From Octopus vulgaris (lineage: Eukaryota): a DNA stretch of 64,000 bases. A program made the translations under genes and the position numbers. A model generated the notes under the pieces. It was given only the letters and a program-made list of their open reading frames with translations, was not told where the DNA came from and made no database searches. Of this stretch, positions 27,346 to 42,011 are shown one piece after another (the first letter of the stretch is position 1; each line of letters opens with the position of its first letter). Where the stretch lies: contig OX597840.1 in the NCBI GenBank assembly GCA_951406725.2, positions 21,514,001-21,578,000 on the forward strand, written 5' to 3'.

Positions 27346-27957
27346 ACAAGAGACATGCATGCACACACACACACACACAAAAATGAAACTAAGCCAAGAT
27401 TTAGTGAGAGAGATTGTAAGAACTGACAAAGCAGAACTTGAGCTGCATGTATAAAACCCCTGGAAATGAATTCAGAGTTAGAAATTCCCATCGAAGTTAT
27501 GAATAAATATCCTTTACCTTTTTACTTGTTTCAGTCATTAGACTGTGGCCATGCTGGGGCATTCTCCTGAAGAATTTTTAGCTGACTGAATTGATCTCAT
27601 TATTTATTTATTTTTTATTTTTTCTCGAAGCCTTGTACTTATTCTAGTGGTCTCTTTTGCAGAACTGCTAAGTTACAGGGATGTAAACAAACCAACTCCA
27701 GCTGCCAAGCAGTGGAGGGGTCACAGGCACACACACACATAACACACTCCTTTCAGTTTCTGTCTACCAAATCCACTCACAAGGTTTTGGTCAGCCCAAG
27801 GCTACAGTAGAAGACACTTGCCCAAGGTGCCACGCAGTGGGACTGAACCCGGAACCGTGTGGTTGGGAAGTAAGCTTCTTACCACGCAGCCACATGGTAA
27901 TATATAAACTGTTCAAGCATAAAATAAAAAACAATTATTTTGTAATAATTGACTATA

Positions 27958-28348
27958 GGCGCAGGAGTGGCTGTGTGGTAAGTAGCTTGCTAACCAACCA
28001 CATGGTTTCGGGTTCTTGGGCAAGTGTCTTCTGCTATAGCCCCGGGCCGACCAAAGCCTTGTGAGTGGATTTGGTAGACGGAAACTGAAAGAAGCCTGTC
28101 GTATATATGTATATATATATGTATGTGTATGTATATGTTTGTGTGTCTGTGTTTGTCCCTCTAGCATTGCTTGACAACCGATGCTGGTGTGTTTACGTCC
28201 CCGTCACTTAGCGGTTCAGCAAAAGAGACCAATAGAATAAGTACTGGGCTTACAAAGAATAAGTCCCGGGGTCGATTTGCTCGATTAAAGGCGGTGCTCC
28301 AGCATGGCCGCAGTCAAATGACTGAAACAAGTAAAAGAGTTAAGAGTA
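27958..28348 (+). mobile_element. SINE family A copy
   Basis: Near full length, with a small deletion in the head. Confidence 0.87.
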
Positions 28349-28509
28349 ACATCTGTGTACTTCTGTGTTAGCAGTGCACTCAAATCACATGCTATGGTTA
28401 TCTTTATTGATTTTCTACAGAAATTATTGCCAGCACTGATTTTGTTAAATCTTTACAGAGATTTATCCTTTGCTTAAGTGTGTGTACATTTTTTGGCAGA
28501 CTCTGTACA

Positions 28510-28889
28510 TACTCTTTTTACTTGTTTCAGTCATTTGACTGCGGCCATGCTGGAGCACCGCCTTTAATCGAGCAACTCGACCCCAGGACTTATTCTTTGT
28601 AAGCCCAGTACTTATTCTATCGGTCTCCTTTGCCGAACCGCTAAGTGACGGGGACGTAAACACACCAGCATCGGTTGTCAAGCAATGCTACGGGGACAAA
28701 CACACACATACATATATATACATATATACGACAGGCTTCTTTCAGTTTCCGTCTACCAAATCCACTCACAAGGCATTGGTCGGCCCGGGGCTATAGCAGA
28801 AGACACTTGCCCAAGATGCCACGCAGTGGGACTGAACCTGGAACCATGTGGTTGGTTAGCAAGCTACTTACCACACAGCCACTCCTGCG
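28510..28889 (-). mobile_element. SINE family A copy, tail-to-tail with 27958-28348
   Basis: Full-length reverse complement. Confidence 0.87.
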
Positions 28890-31800
28890 TACGTGGTTGT
28901 TGTAAATGATTGTCCCTGTCATACAGGCAGTGTCATTCACCTCCAGTATTCTGTGGGAACATGTCAGGCCATGGGGAAGCAGCAGGTGAAGGTTGGCAAC
29001 AGGAAGGGCACCCAGCCATAGAAAACCTGCACCAGTAAACTCTCTGTCCAACCAAGCAAGCATTTAAAAGTGGATATTAAATTGATTATGATAATGATGA
29101 TGAATGATATCCGATACTTGTTGAGTAAATTTAAGATAGCTATCAGCAATGGCTTCGAAGTTCCTTGTATCTTGGACAAGGACAAAAAGTCAGCTGAGAA
29201 ATAAATGGTGACATCTCTAAGTTATTTGAACTGAAAACAATGGCAACACGGCTGTTGACAGAGAGCTTCTGTGAACAGGTCAAAGTTCAAGTGAGCTAAA
29301 AATCACATGGTTATAGGTGGAAAATTTTTTATTTCATTTCGTATTTTAATGTCATTAACATAAATTCTCAAATTTACATTTTTTTTTTTTTTTACATTTA
29401 CTCTTTTACTCGTTTCAGTCATCTGACTACGGCCATGCTGGAGCACCGCCTTTAATTGAGCAAATCGACTCCAGGACAAAAAATAAGTCCTGGGGTCGAT
29501 TTGCTTGACTAAAGGCGGTGCTCCAGCATGGCCGTAGTCAGATGACTGAAACAAGTAAAAGAGTAAATGTCACCATTTATTTCTCAGCTGACTTTTTGTC
29601 CTTGTCCAAGATACAAGGAACTTCGAAGCCATTGCTGATAGCTATCTTAAATCTACTCAACACGTAATATCATTCTGATATCATTCATCATCATCATCAT
29701 AATCAATTTAATATCCACTTTTAAATGCTTGCTTGGTTGGACAGAGAGTTTACTGGTGCAGGTTTTCTATGGCTCCAGCATGGCCACAGTCAAATGACTG
29801 AAACAAGTAAAAGAGTAAAGAGTATTTAATATCCATTTTCCATGCTGACACAGGTTAGATGGTTTGATAGGAGCTGGTCAGGCCGGGATCCGCACTAGCC
29901 CCCACTTGTCTGTTTTGGCATGGCTTCTACAGCTGGATGCCCTCCCTAATGCCAGTGTATTTACAGAATGAACTGTGTTCTGTTTACATGGAACCAGTAC
30001 TTTTTATGTGAATATTTAAGGAGAATGTTGAGTAAAGAAAGAGCTTTTGACATCTGTTACTGGAGGAAGGACAGATGTTGCACTTAACTTTTTCCCTATT
30101 CATGTAGCTGAAGAATTTCTTAGTCTTTCTTCTTATTAAACTTAGTTTCTAGCCATAATTTTTAGTTTCATTTGGCAGGTTGTGTTTTTCTCTTTTCTTT
30201 TCATTTTTTTTATAATCTTAGTGATTTAGTCTCCAATAAGGCTTGAGACCACCAAAGCACAAGGTACTGCAAAGAAGAAAAAAAGGGATTAATTTTAAGC
30301 TTTTTCTAAAGATTTTCTTATTTACAAATAAAATGCTAAATTATGACAACTTTGGAGATTTTTCAAAACTATTTAACCCTCTAACTGGTATTAAATTTCA
30401 TGATTATCCTAGTAATGATGTTTAATCATCATCGTTTAACGTCCGCTTTCCATGCTAGCATGGGTTGGATGATTTTGACTGAAGACTGGTGAACCAGATG
30501 GCTGCACCAGGCTCCAGTCTTGATTTGGCAGAGTTTCTACAGCTGGATGCCCTTCCTAACACCAACCACTCCGAGAGTGTAGTGGGTGCTATTTATGTGC
30601 CACCAGCACAGGGGCCAGTCAGGCGGTACTGGCAACGACCTCGCTTGAATCCTTTTACACATGCCACCGGCACAGGTGCCAGTAAGGCGACTTTGGTAAC
30701 GATCACGCTTGAATGGTGCCCTTTTACGTGCCACCTTCACGGAAGCCAGTTGGCTGCTCTGGCAACGATCACGCTTGGATGGTGCTCTTAGCACCCTACT
30801 AGCACGGGGCTCGAGTGCCAGTAAGGCGACGCTGGTAACGATCACACTTGAATGGTGCCTTATATGTGTCACCGGCAGGGAAGCCGGTTAGCTGCTCTGT
30901 CAACGATATCTACCAAAAAATAGAATTGCTATTTTCTCCAAGTCTCGTTGCTTCAATAAACTTGACATATTTCAACAAAAATTAGATTCAAACCTGACGT
31001 CCCTCAAAAGAGAGAGATTGGTAGATGAATAAACTGATTTCCCCAATTAAGGGTAATAAAATTTCGTGTGGATCTGATTTCCATATTAAAAGGGTTAAGC
31101 TGTTAGGCTTTGAACATTATGTGTAAATGATACGAGAGTTTTATAAAATAAATTAAAATATGCATTAACAGAAATTAAGTCAGGAAATAAGAAATTTTAC
31201 TCCTTGCCTTGTGAATCTGGGTCTACGACATTACATCAGCTTTATGAAAATTAAGAGATAGTATTACAAGCAAATGGATTGAAAATGTAGTAATTAACTG
31301 AGAAAATATGGCCAGAATAGTTGGTACTTCCTACGAAAGGTATAATGTTAATGTCATTTATTAAAAAAAGTGGGTCTTCTGTAAAAAACAAGGCTCAGTA
31401 CATTTCTATAATTGTGAGTGTTTTCAAACATAATCTTTTCTCTTTTACTTGTTTCTTATTTCTTTATTGCCCACAAGGGGTTAAACATAGAGTAAACATA
31501 GAGGGGACAGACAGAGGGGTTAAGTCGATTACATCGACCCCAGTGTGTAGCTGGTACTTAAATTATTGACCCCAAAAGGATGAAAAGCAAAGTCAACCTC
31601 AGTGGAATTTGAACTCAGAACGTAACAGCAGACAAAAAACTGCTAAGCATTTCGCCCGGTGTGCTTAACGCTTCTGCCAGCTTGCCACCTTCTTTTACTT
31701 GTTTCTGTCATAAGGTTGCGGCCATGCTGGGGCATCACCTTGAAGAAATTTTCGTCGAATGAACTGACCCCAGTATTTTGTATTTTTAAGCCTGGTGATT

Positions 31801-33814
31801 TATCCTGCCGAACTACTAAGTTGCAGGCACCTAAACACATCGACACTGGTTGTTAGGTGATTGTGGGGCCCAAAGAAAGGCACACAAAAAGCACCCAGTC
31901 CACACTCTGTAAAGTGGTTGGTGTTAGGAAGGGCACCCAACCATAGAAACCAACCCAAAACAGACAACTGGAGCTTGGTGCAGCTCTTTCGCTTATAACC
32001 ACCTTTCAAACCATCTGACCCATGCCAACATAGAAAGAGGATGGTAAATGATGATGATTATACACACACACACACACACACACACTGGGTTTCTTTCAGT
32101 TTCCATCGACCAAATCCACAAGGCTTTCGTTGGTCCCAGGCTATAGTAAAAGACACTTGCCCAAGGTAACATGTGGTGGGACTGAACCCGGAACCATGTG
32201 GTTGGGAAGCAAGTTTCTTATTTCTTTATTGCCCCAAAGAGGCTAAACATAGAGGGGACAAACAAGGACAGACAAACGGATTAAGTCGATTACATCGACC
32301 CCAGTGTGTAACTGGTACTTAATTTATCTACCCCGAAAAGATGAAAGGCAAAGTTGACCTTGGCAGAATTTGAACTCAGAACGTAGTGGCAGACAAAATA
32401 CTGCTAAGCATTTTGCCCGGTGTGCTAATGTTTCTGCCAGCTCGCCACCTTTGGGAAGCAAGCTTCTTACCCCACGTCCACACCTGTGCTAATTGATGTC
32501 AATTTTGCTGAAGATTGAGCTCAAAATCTCAATCATTCACTCTCTAAATGGTTCTAGATGGTTCCAAAGCCTTCGGTGATATCTGTTCCAGCTTAAATTT
32601 TCAAGAAAAGTTTTCTTAACGCTGTAAGCACTGGTGTGGCTGTGCGGTAAGAAACTTGCTTCTCAACCACATGGTTCTGGGTTCAGTTCTGCTGCGTGAC
32701 ACATTGGGCAGCTGTCTTCTATTATAGCCTCAGGCCGACCAAAGTCTTGTGAGTGGATTTAGTAAGTGGAAACTGAAAGAAGCCCATCGTATGTGAAAAT
32801 ATATGTGTGTATATCTATGCATCTGTGTTTGTCCCCCATCAGCACTTGACAACTGGTGTTGGTGTGTTTATGTCCCCATGACTTAGCAGTTCGGCAAAAG
32901 AGACCGATAGAATAAGTATTATGCTTAAGAAATAAGTCTTGGAGTTATCACCACTTGACAACTGGTGTTGGTGTGTTTATGTCCCCATGACTTAGCAGTT
33001 CAGCAAAAGAGACCGATAGGATAAGTATTATGCTTAAGAAATAAGTCTTGGAGTTGATTTGTTCAACTTGTACTCTTCGAGATTTTGCTCCAGCATGGCT
33101 GCAGTCAGATGCCTGAAACAAATAAGAGAATAGAAGAAAAAAGAATGCCTCATGGAAACCTCAGTTATGAGATAATGAATGATTAATTCAAAGCAATTTG
33201 AGTAAAAAAAACATTAACATTTAACAGAGTAATCCGAACTGAAAAGGGTATTGATGATGATGATGATGATGATGCTGACTGCATGTTTTTTGTTAGCAAA
33301 TATCATCTCACTCTCGCCAGAAGTCTTTATCAGTCTGACACAAAACAATTAAAGCTGTAATCAGAGGGAATTAACGGGGATTTCAATAACGATGATAAAT
33401 AAGATCAAACGAAGCCTTAGATGAAGAGGCATGGCAGTCCTCATCATTTAATTGATTCCAAATAGATTTTGTTTGGATCGAAACGATTCTTATCTTTTGC
33501 CAGTGGACTTTGGCCATGCTGGAACTCCGTTGGCTGCGATGACGAGGGTTCCAGTTAATCAGATCAATGGAACAGCCTGCTCATGAAATTAACAAGCAAG
33601 TGGCTGAGTACTCCACAGACACATGTGTACCCTTAATGTAGTTCTCGGGGTGATTCAGCATGACACAGAATGTGACGAGGCTGGGTCACCCTTTGAAATA
33701 CGAGTACAACTCAGTTTTGTGAACTGGTGCAACTTTAAATGAAATGTCTTGCTCAAGGATGCAATGCAACACCAGTAATCAAACTTGTGACCTTATGATC
33801 ATGAGCTGAATATC

Positions 33815-34182
33815 CATCATCATCATTGTTCAACCGTGGTCGAGACAATGGAATTTACTATGCTACGCCAGACTTCACGGTCCATCATGGCATTACGGCA
33901 GTCCTGTTGCTGGATGCCTGTATCCCTGGAGATTACATCAGGGTAGGAGAGTGTGTGCCCTCTGGTATTACAAGTAGATGGCTTCCAGAGGAGAAGGGTA
34001 GAAATTACCTCTTTTTCAGCTCTACAACAATGTCCAGCAAACTGGACTCTCTTACCTTTCACTAGAGATGATACAGGTGGTAGTTTCCCATATATTTGTA
34101 CTTTGGTTGGATGACGCTTCCATGAGAGATTTTGAGCTCTCATAAGGAGGTGAGTGCAAGTTCCATCCAACTGCCTCTCAAG
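33815..34182 (-). mobile_element. 5'-truncated RTE-like LINE 3' fragment
   Basis: LLMRAQNLSWKRHPTK..IYGKLPPVSSLVK..RVQFAGHCCRA...LLLWKP...MMDREVWRSIV followed by a (TGA)n tail; near-identical to 43392-43718. Confidence 0.8.
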
Positions 34183-35088
34183 AATATCCTCTTAGCCACA
34201 AAGCCACGCATCTGACAGGAGCTGGCATCCTTGCTTTTCTGTAACACTTCACAGCATATCCTCACAGCGTTTGTTGAGCTGCATCATGTTGGCGCTGCTC
34301 AGTTCTGGCTGCAATGCTTGAAACAACCAACTCTCAAGTGCCAACTGAAGTTATCGTTTGTATCGTTAAAGCCTGTGAGAAATTTTTAATGACCTGTGAA
34401 TCTGCTTTGCGTTTTCTCTCACAAATCGCTTGTTTTGTTTTTGGTGGTGGTAGTGAGGTGGTGGTAGTGAGGTGGTGGTAGTGAGGTGGTGGTAGTGAGG
34501 TGGTGGTACATATCACTGACCTTTCTGTCACTTTCCTTGTCAAAAGTTGCGTTGCTCAGCCTCCTGCAATCAAATTCTTGGCTTTCTGCGACAGAATGTG
34601 CTCCACACAAACGGCTGCAATAAATGCAAGCCATAATTGTGCAGGACTTTACAATCTCAACAAAATTCCAACAGAGCAGATCAGATTCTTGGCAACATTT
34701 GCCAAATACGGAAAACGATCTTAATTAACAAAAATCATTGAGCGTTGTAAAGTTTCCACTTTCGGCACCAAATCTAACAAACTGATCAACATAAATGTTA
34801 GAGATACGTATATACTCTGCTGTAGGATAACATGTGGGACCCAAATAATGGAATAAGAGGTCTCAAATGCACATTATGAGATTTTTATTCTAATTATCCA
34901 ATTAAGTGTGGATATGGTAAGAAGCTTGCTTCACAACCACATGGTTCTAGGTTCAGTCCCACTGCATAGCACCTTGGGTAGGTGTCTTCTACTATATAGT
35001 TTCAGGATGGCCAAAGCCTTTTGAGTGGATTTGGTAGACAGAAACTGAAGGAAGTCTGTGTGTGCGTATATATGTGTATGTATGTATG

Positions 35089-35137
<49 letters not shown>

Positions 35138-36838
35138 TTGTTTCAGTCATTTGACTGTGGCCATGCTGGAGCACCGCCTTTAGTCGAACAGATTGACCTC
35201 AGGACTTATATATATATATTTCTTTATTGCCCACAAGGGGCTAAACATAGAGGGGACAAACAAGGACGGACAAAGGGAATAAGTCGATTAGATTGACCCC
35301 AGTGCGTAACTGGTACTTTATTTATCGACTGCGAAAGGATGAAAGGCAAAGTCAACCTCGGCAGAATTTGAACTCAGAACGTAGAGACAGACGAAATACC
35401 GCTAAGCATTTCGCCCGGCGTGCTAACGTTTCAGGTTCAACCCCACTGTGCTGCACCTGGGGCGAGTGTCTGGATTTTTATATAAAAAAAAAGACTCCGC
35501 CGGTTACGACGACGAGGGTCCCAGCTGATACAATCAACGGAACAGCTTGCTCGTGAAATTAACGTGCAAATGGCTGAGCATTCCACAGACACGTGTACCC
35601 TTAACGTAGTTCTCGGGGATAATCAGCGTAACACAGAGAGTGACAAGGCTGACCCTTTGAAATACAAGTACAACTCATTTTTGCCAGCTGAGTGGACTGG
35701 AGCAATGTGAAATAAAGTGTCTTGCTCAAGGACACAACGCGTCGCCGGGAATCGAACTCACAACCTTACGATCATGAGCCGAATGCCCTAACCACTAAGC
35801 CACGTGCCCTCACAGGATTTTTATATATATATATGATGTATGTATATATGGTGTGTTGTCTCCTTGCCTTGACATTACATGGTAGTTGTGTGACTGCCAC
35901 TGTCTTGCATGCAATGTCTGGTCATAAGGAAATATTGTTGCCTTGCTTGAAAACAGGTGAAGGTTAGCAACCGGAAGAGCATCCAGCCTTAGAAAATCTG
36001 CTTCACCAAATTCCATCAGACTCGTGTCTGCATGCAAAGATGGATGCTGAAACAATAGTGACAGTGAACTTGTGAACAAGCAGTGTAGTTACTTTCTACA
36101 CCTACTGGCGTGTGTGTGTATGTGTGTATATATATGTATATATATATATATATATGTATAAAATATTATACTATATACTCTTATATCAGTAGAGTGCTTT
36201 ACCAGGAGGATTTTTAAAAACTTATGAGGGGGACAGTTGGTGGGGAGTTGTGCCAGAGTGCTGGAATGTTTATTTAGGAGAGCCTGGTTATTTGATAGTA
36301 TATATATACATCACTGTACATGTCTGTCTGTCTGTCAGTCTCTCCTTTTTTTTTCTCTCTCTTCCTCTACAAGCCATGTGCAAACCCCCTCCCCCCTGTC
36401 TCTTCATTTAGCCCTCCTCCCTCCCCCCCTCGCAGAGCATTTCACGTGTTTGCAATAGCTTTTCACTGGAACCCTATTGCCATAGCAACCCTTTCTTGAG
36501 GAGAGAGGTTTTCACTCCCACGTATTTGTTCACACACACACACACACACGTATGTGTATAGATATGTGTGTGTATGCATAGTGTGTTTGTGTGTGTGCAT
36601 GTATATGTATTGTATGGATGTGTATGTGTGTATATGTATGTGTTATATATCTGCATGTGTATGTCTGTTTCATATATGCATGTGTGTGTGTGTGTGTGTA
36701 TATATGTGTGTGTATACATATGTACATAAATGCATGTGTGTATACATTCAACACTCATGCATTTTCTTACCTGCCTAAATAACATTGTGTCAACTATACA
36801 CATATTCATGTGTGTGTGTATCTGTGTGTGTGAACATA

Positions 36839-36872
<34 letters not shown>

Positions 36873-37318
36873 CATCCGCTTACTTGCCTGGATAGCATCC
36901 TAATATATGCATATATATTACACACACACACATGCACACACAGAGCAATAATAACAGCTGCAGTAGGCTGGCCGGCCCCTCTCTGCTTCCCGTTAATATG
37001 AATTCACCGTCATCACACCGTCATCACAATTAAGCCCTTTACATTTAAATGTCACCTTTTTTTTTTTCCAGTTATTTCACTCTGCCCTCATTTGGGAGGC
37101 TTGTAATAAAGATGTGAGGTTTAAGGGGCTCATTCTACAACCACGTGGCTTTGAGTTCAATCCTACTGCGCGTCACCTTAGGCAAGTGTGTTCTATTATC
37201 CAGGGTTGATGCAAGCCTTGGGAGTGAATTTGGTAGAAGGAAACTGAAAGAAGCCTGTTGTCTGTGTGTGTGTGTCTGTTTGTATCTCCTTGTCTTGGCA
37301 TCATGTGACTGTTGCAAA

Positions 37319-37545
37319 TTAACCCTTTAGTATTTAAACCGGCCATATCCGGCCAAAATATTTAATCTGTTTTATGTTCAAACTGACCAGATCCAGGCTC
37401 TCACACCTACCCTACAATGTTATTCTACATTAAGTAATTACACCATCAAGATCTTGAAGATATGAGATAATGCATGATTAATTCAAATCAATGGGAATCA
37501 ATAAGCATTATGTTTGATAGGATAATCTGAACACTAAAGGGTCAA
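37319..37545. mobile_element. piggyBac-type MITE (TTAA target)
   Basis: TTAA-CCCTTTAGT...ACTAAAGGG-TCAA; a related inverted copy lies at 41164-41353. Confidence 0.7.
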
Positions 37546-40500
37546 TGTCATTCGTTTCCAATATTCTGCAGAAATAAGGCAGTGAGATGACAAAATTGTT
37601 TGCATGCTGGGCAGAATGCCTGGTCAGTTTTCATCTGTCTTTATAGTCTGGATTCAAATACTGCTGGGGTCGACTTTGCCTTTCGTCCTTTTGGGATTGA
37701 TAAAGTAAGGACCAGTTGAGCACTGGTGCCACATGAAAAGGACTGGTGCCTGTGTCACGTAAAAAGCACCATTGCTGGTTTCACATAAAAAACCACTGGT
37801 GCTGGTGCCACGTAAAAAAGCAGTGGTACTGGTGCCACGTAAAAGTGCTGGTGCCTTGTAAAAAGAACTGGTGCTGGTGCCATGTAAAATGCATCAGTGC
37901 TGGTGCCACATAAAAAGCACCCAGTACACTCTGTAAAGTGGTTGATGTTAGGAAGGGCATTCAACCAGAGAAACCAGGTCAAAACAGACAATGGAATCTG
38001 GTGGGACTCCTGGCTTTGCCGTTTCCTGTCAAACTGTGGAATGCAAGCCAACATGGAAAACAGATATTAAATGATGATGATGATGATGATGAAAAAAACT
38101 CTTTTTAGACACATTTTAAAAGAAGTAAAAAAAAAAGTATGTTTTGTCAAGATTAGAAGAATACAAGTGAGATGTTTTGTTATCTGTGACCAACTGATGA
38201 TGTGCTAAGGTTCAATATATTTTCATTGGAGGTTAACATGGGCTGGTGTGGGGTCATTGATCTATGCCTCTCTCTAAAACAGTGGTTCCTCAACTTTTTG
38301 GGGTTGCCACCCCCTTGACACCCAGGCCACATTCCTAGTGCCCCACCCCCTTATTGGAGTATGGCCTTGCTGGGGCACTGCCTTAAAGTGTTTAGTTGAA
38401 TAAATCAACCCCTGCTTACTTTTTTTTATTTTTTGAAGTCTAATAATTATTATGTCAGTCACTTTTGCCAAACTGCTAAGTTATGGGAAACCAGTAACAT
38501 TTGTCAAGCAATGTCAGAGGGGGCAAACATAAAGACACACATATATGATGGACTTCCACACAGTTTCCTTCTACCAAATTCACTCACAAGGCGTTTGCCA
38601 TTGGTTGGCCCAGAGCTATAGTAAAAGACACTTGCCCCAGATGCAGCACAGTGGGGTTGAACCTGAAACTATACGGTTGCAAAGTGAGCTTTTTAACCAC
38701 ACAACCATGCCTACAGGGTTTTTTTTTTCCTTTTTATTAGAAAACATGGGGAGGGGATCTTTGTTATACACCAACCAACCAGTGGGCAGGAGCACCGAGG
38801 GGCCACAAAATGTTGAAACCCACAGTTGTAGGATATCAATTATGCAACAACTGAACCAGTATGTGTTGTAATAATAACAGTGTTGTATGATTTTCACCCT
38901 TGGGTAGCAACTGTTATTTCCTATGTGCTTACCCTCTAGGAAGTATGAAAAATGGCTCATATTTCCTTCAAATTTTGCTTTTGTTACATTTATTCAAACT
39001 CCAAAGAATCCCTCTCTCAACACATGGTTATGATGCTCCCCCTCTACTCCTGATCAGAGATGCACATATTATCAGCCACTAAGGGATATGCTCAAGTGGT
39101 TAAGGTCAAGCAATGGACAAGAAACTCTCTGGTATTGAGCAGAATATTTGCTATAATGATATTTCTGCTTCAGCAACTCAGCTCTGAATCCGTGTGAAAT
39201 GTAATGGAAAATTGTTCAGTTTCAAAACATTGATGTCCAAGTCACAAAAGCAGAGTCTGAAGGAAATAGTAATCTTTTCCTTTGATTTCTAGATAGAAGC
39301 AAATAGGAAATATAACACTTGACAAAAGGAAAAAAAACAAAGTTTGCTACACAAATATAATTAGACCTGTGGACTCGGCCCACAAACACCTCCACCAACA
39401 GCTACTAGTCCTCTATTTGTTCTTTGACTAATAAGGCATTTGTTATATTAATTGAAAGCACACAATAAACATGGTTGTCAGGTTATTTAATAGCAGTGTA
39501 ATCTGTTTAAGTTTTATGTTTAAATGCTGTAGCTATGAGAAAGTGGATTTTTTTAAGAAAAATATTATTTATGAAAGGAGTTCATAAACAAGCAAACATA
39601 GGAGAAAATTGAAAGAAAAGAAAAGAGAGAGAGAAAGAGCGAATTGTTTTAATTGAAAGGTTATAAAGTAAAGACAGTTAAACAAACAAACTACTATAAA
39701 AACACTATGACAAAAAGAAGGAAAAAGAAAAAACATCTGGAATGTCTTTCTATACCTGTTCAAAAGTCAGAAGTATGTCAGAAATAAAACTGAAAATTTA
39801 AACACTTAACGTAACTTAACAAATGACCATTTAAAAAAAAACATTTTTTAAATAAAATAGAATATTTAAAAATCAGTTTTTTAAATATTTGTTGGTGGGG
39901 TGGGGGCAAGTGTGGCTGTGGGGTAAGGAGTTTGCTTCTTAATAGCATGCTCTCTGTATTAATCCCACTGTGTGACCTCCTAGGCAACTGTCTTCTGCTT
40001 AAGCCCTGGGTTAACTAAGGGCTTGTGAGAGGATTTCAGAAAATGAAAGAAGCCTGTTGTGTGTGTGTGTGTGTAAAACACCCACAAAAACCTTGTATCT
40101 ATAGAACTGGGATTGCATCAAAAACCTAAATCCAAAATTTATCCCTATAACAAGACACCTGTTTCTGCCTCTGTATTTCTCTGTCACCCTCTAACCTTTC
40201 ATCATCTGACACAAGATCCCCTCCACCAATGCCCCTACCTCCTTTCAAAATTCTTTGTCTTGTGAGTTATGTGGTGACCCTGCCAATGCTGGGGCCATGT
40301 AAAAAACATCCAATTCACACTAAAATGGTTGGCATTTGGAAGGGCATCCAGCTGTAAAAACCTTGCCAAAATTGACCTCACCTGTGCTAGTGCCACATGA
40401 AAATCACTGAATTCACTCTGCAGTGGTTGGTGTTAGGAAGGGCATCCAGCCATAAAAACCCACCCAGACACAGCAGCCTGGGGTAGTCTTCTACCTGGAT

Positions 40501-41980
40501 AGCTCCTGTCACCCGCCCTACCCATACATACATGGAAGACGGACGTTAATCTGGTTTAATTATTTTCTAGGAAGAAAGTCAAATTAGTTTCTGTGAAATT
40601 GGAAATTTTTAGGCATTATATTACAAGTTGTTATATATGTATTGGAGCTGGCATTATTGTGTGGTTAAGAAGCTTGCTTCGTGACCATATGACCTGGGGT
40701 TCAATCTGGCCGTGCAGCAGAATGAGAGGGTCGGATAATATCCATAGTCTCTATTGGGGATGCTTGGGAATCCAGTTGGAAAGTATAATGACTGCTTCAG
40801 ATAAGGAGTGTATGGAGATGAGAGCAAGGGCTCTGCACCCACAACTCTCCCAGGAATTATAGGCAGAGAAGATGGATGGATGGATGGGTATATGTGTCAC
40901 TAAAGACCGGATATTTAGGTAAAGTTATGCCACCTTTCTGGCCCCTTTGAATTACAGGCACATTTTTGCCAGCTGAGTGGACTGGAGCCGTGTGAAATGA
41001 AGTGCCTTGCTCAAGGACACAATGCGCTGCCAGGAATTGAACCCACGACCTTACGATCGTGAACCGGTTACCCCTAACCACTAAGCCATCACCTTCATGA
41101 TCACACTCCATATGGAACCAATATAGATATCTCTACTAACAAAGACGAGACAATTCGTTAGATTTAATCCTTTAGCAGTCACATGACTCTGTCAAATGTA
41201 ATACTTATTTATTCATTATCTTTTAGCTTCAAGATTTCAGTTCTTAGAATGATATTGTAGGGTAGGTGTAAGAGGCCAGATCTAGTCAGTTTCAGCAGAA
41301 AACAAGGAGAATATTTTGGTTGGACATGGCTGGTTTAAATGCTGAAGGATTAAACATTGATAGTCGGAATTTGCAGGTGAGGGAATGTAGCAGAAGATAG
41401 AAGCAAAGAAAGGTAGGTCGTAGCAGTAGACTGTAGCAGACATATGTTCACCTGTGAAGCAGGGAGAAAACGAACATTAATGATTATCGATCTGGCTTTG
41501 TAAGGACTTTTCAAGCAGCAGCTGTTAATCGCGACGACACAGGCTGTCTGTCTTTTATTCTTTCGTCTCCTTATAATGGAACACCCCCCACCCCCACCCC
41601 CCAAGAACATGGCTGGTTTGTAGTTTTCTTGAGGACTGTCTGTGATATAAATGAGACATGGACCCTGCAAACCACACTAGGAGGGCTGTAAGAGTGAACA
41701 GGAACTAATACAGCGGGGTAGAACAGACTCCTTTTGCTGAACTGCTAAGTTTTGAAGATGTAAACAAACCAACACCAGTTGTTAAGCAGCAGTGGTTGGA
41801 GACAAACACACACACACACACATATGAACTTCCACACAGTTTCTGTATCCCATATTCACTCAAAATGCTTTGGTTGGCCCTGGGCTATAGCAGAAGACAC
41901 CTGCCCAAGGTGCCATGCAGTGGGACTGATCCTGGAACCATGTGGTCGAGAAGCAAGCTTCTTATCACACAGCCATGCCA

Positions 41981-42011
<31 letters not shown>

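Noticed and set aside
28171-28909. Recurrent ORFs such as MTTDAGVFTSPSLSGSAKETDRIS and [29 protein letters not shown]
   Set aside because: Chance translations of SINE family A, repeated wherever the SINE occurs.
34540-34724. Minus-strand DRFPYLANVAKNLIC resembling a hAT dimerisation domain
   Set aside because: The expected downstream P.SS...ER.FS motif is absent and the match is too short.
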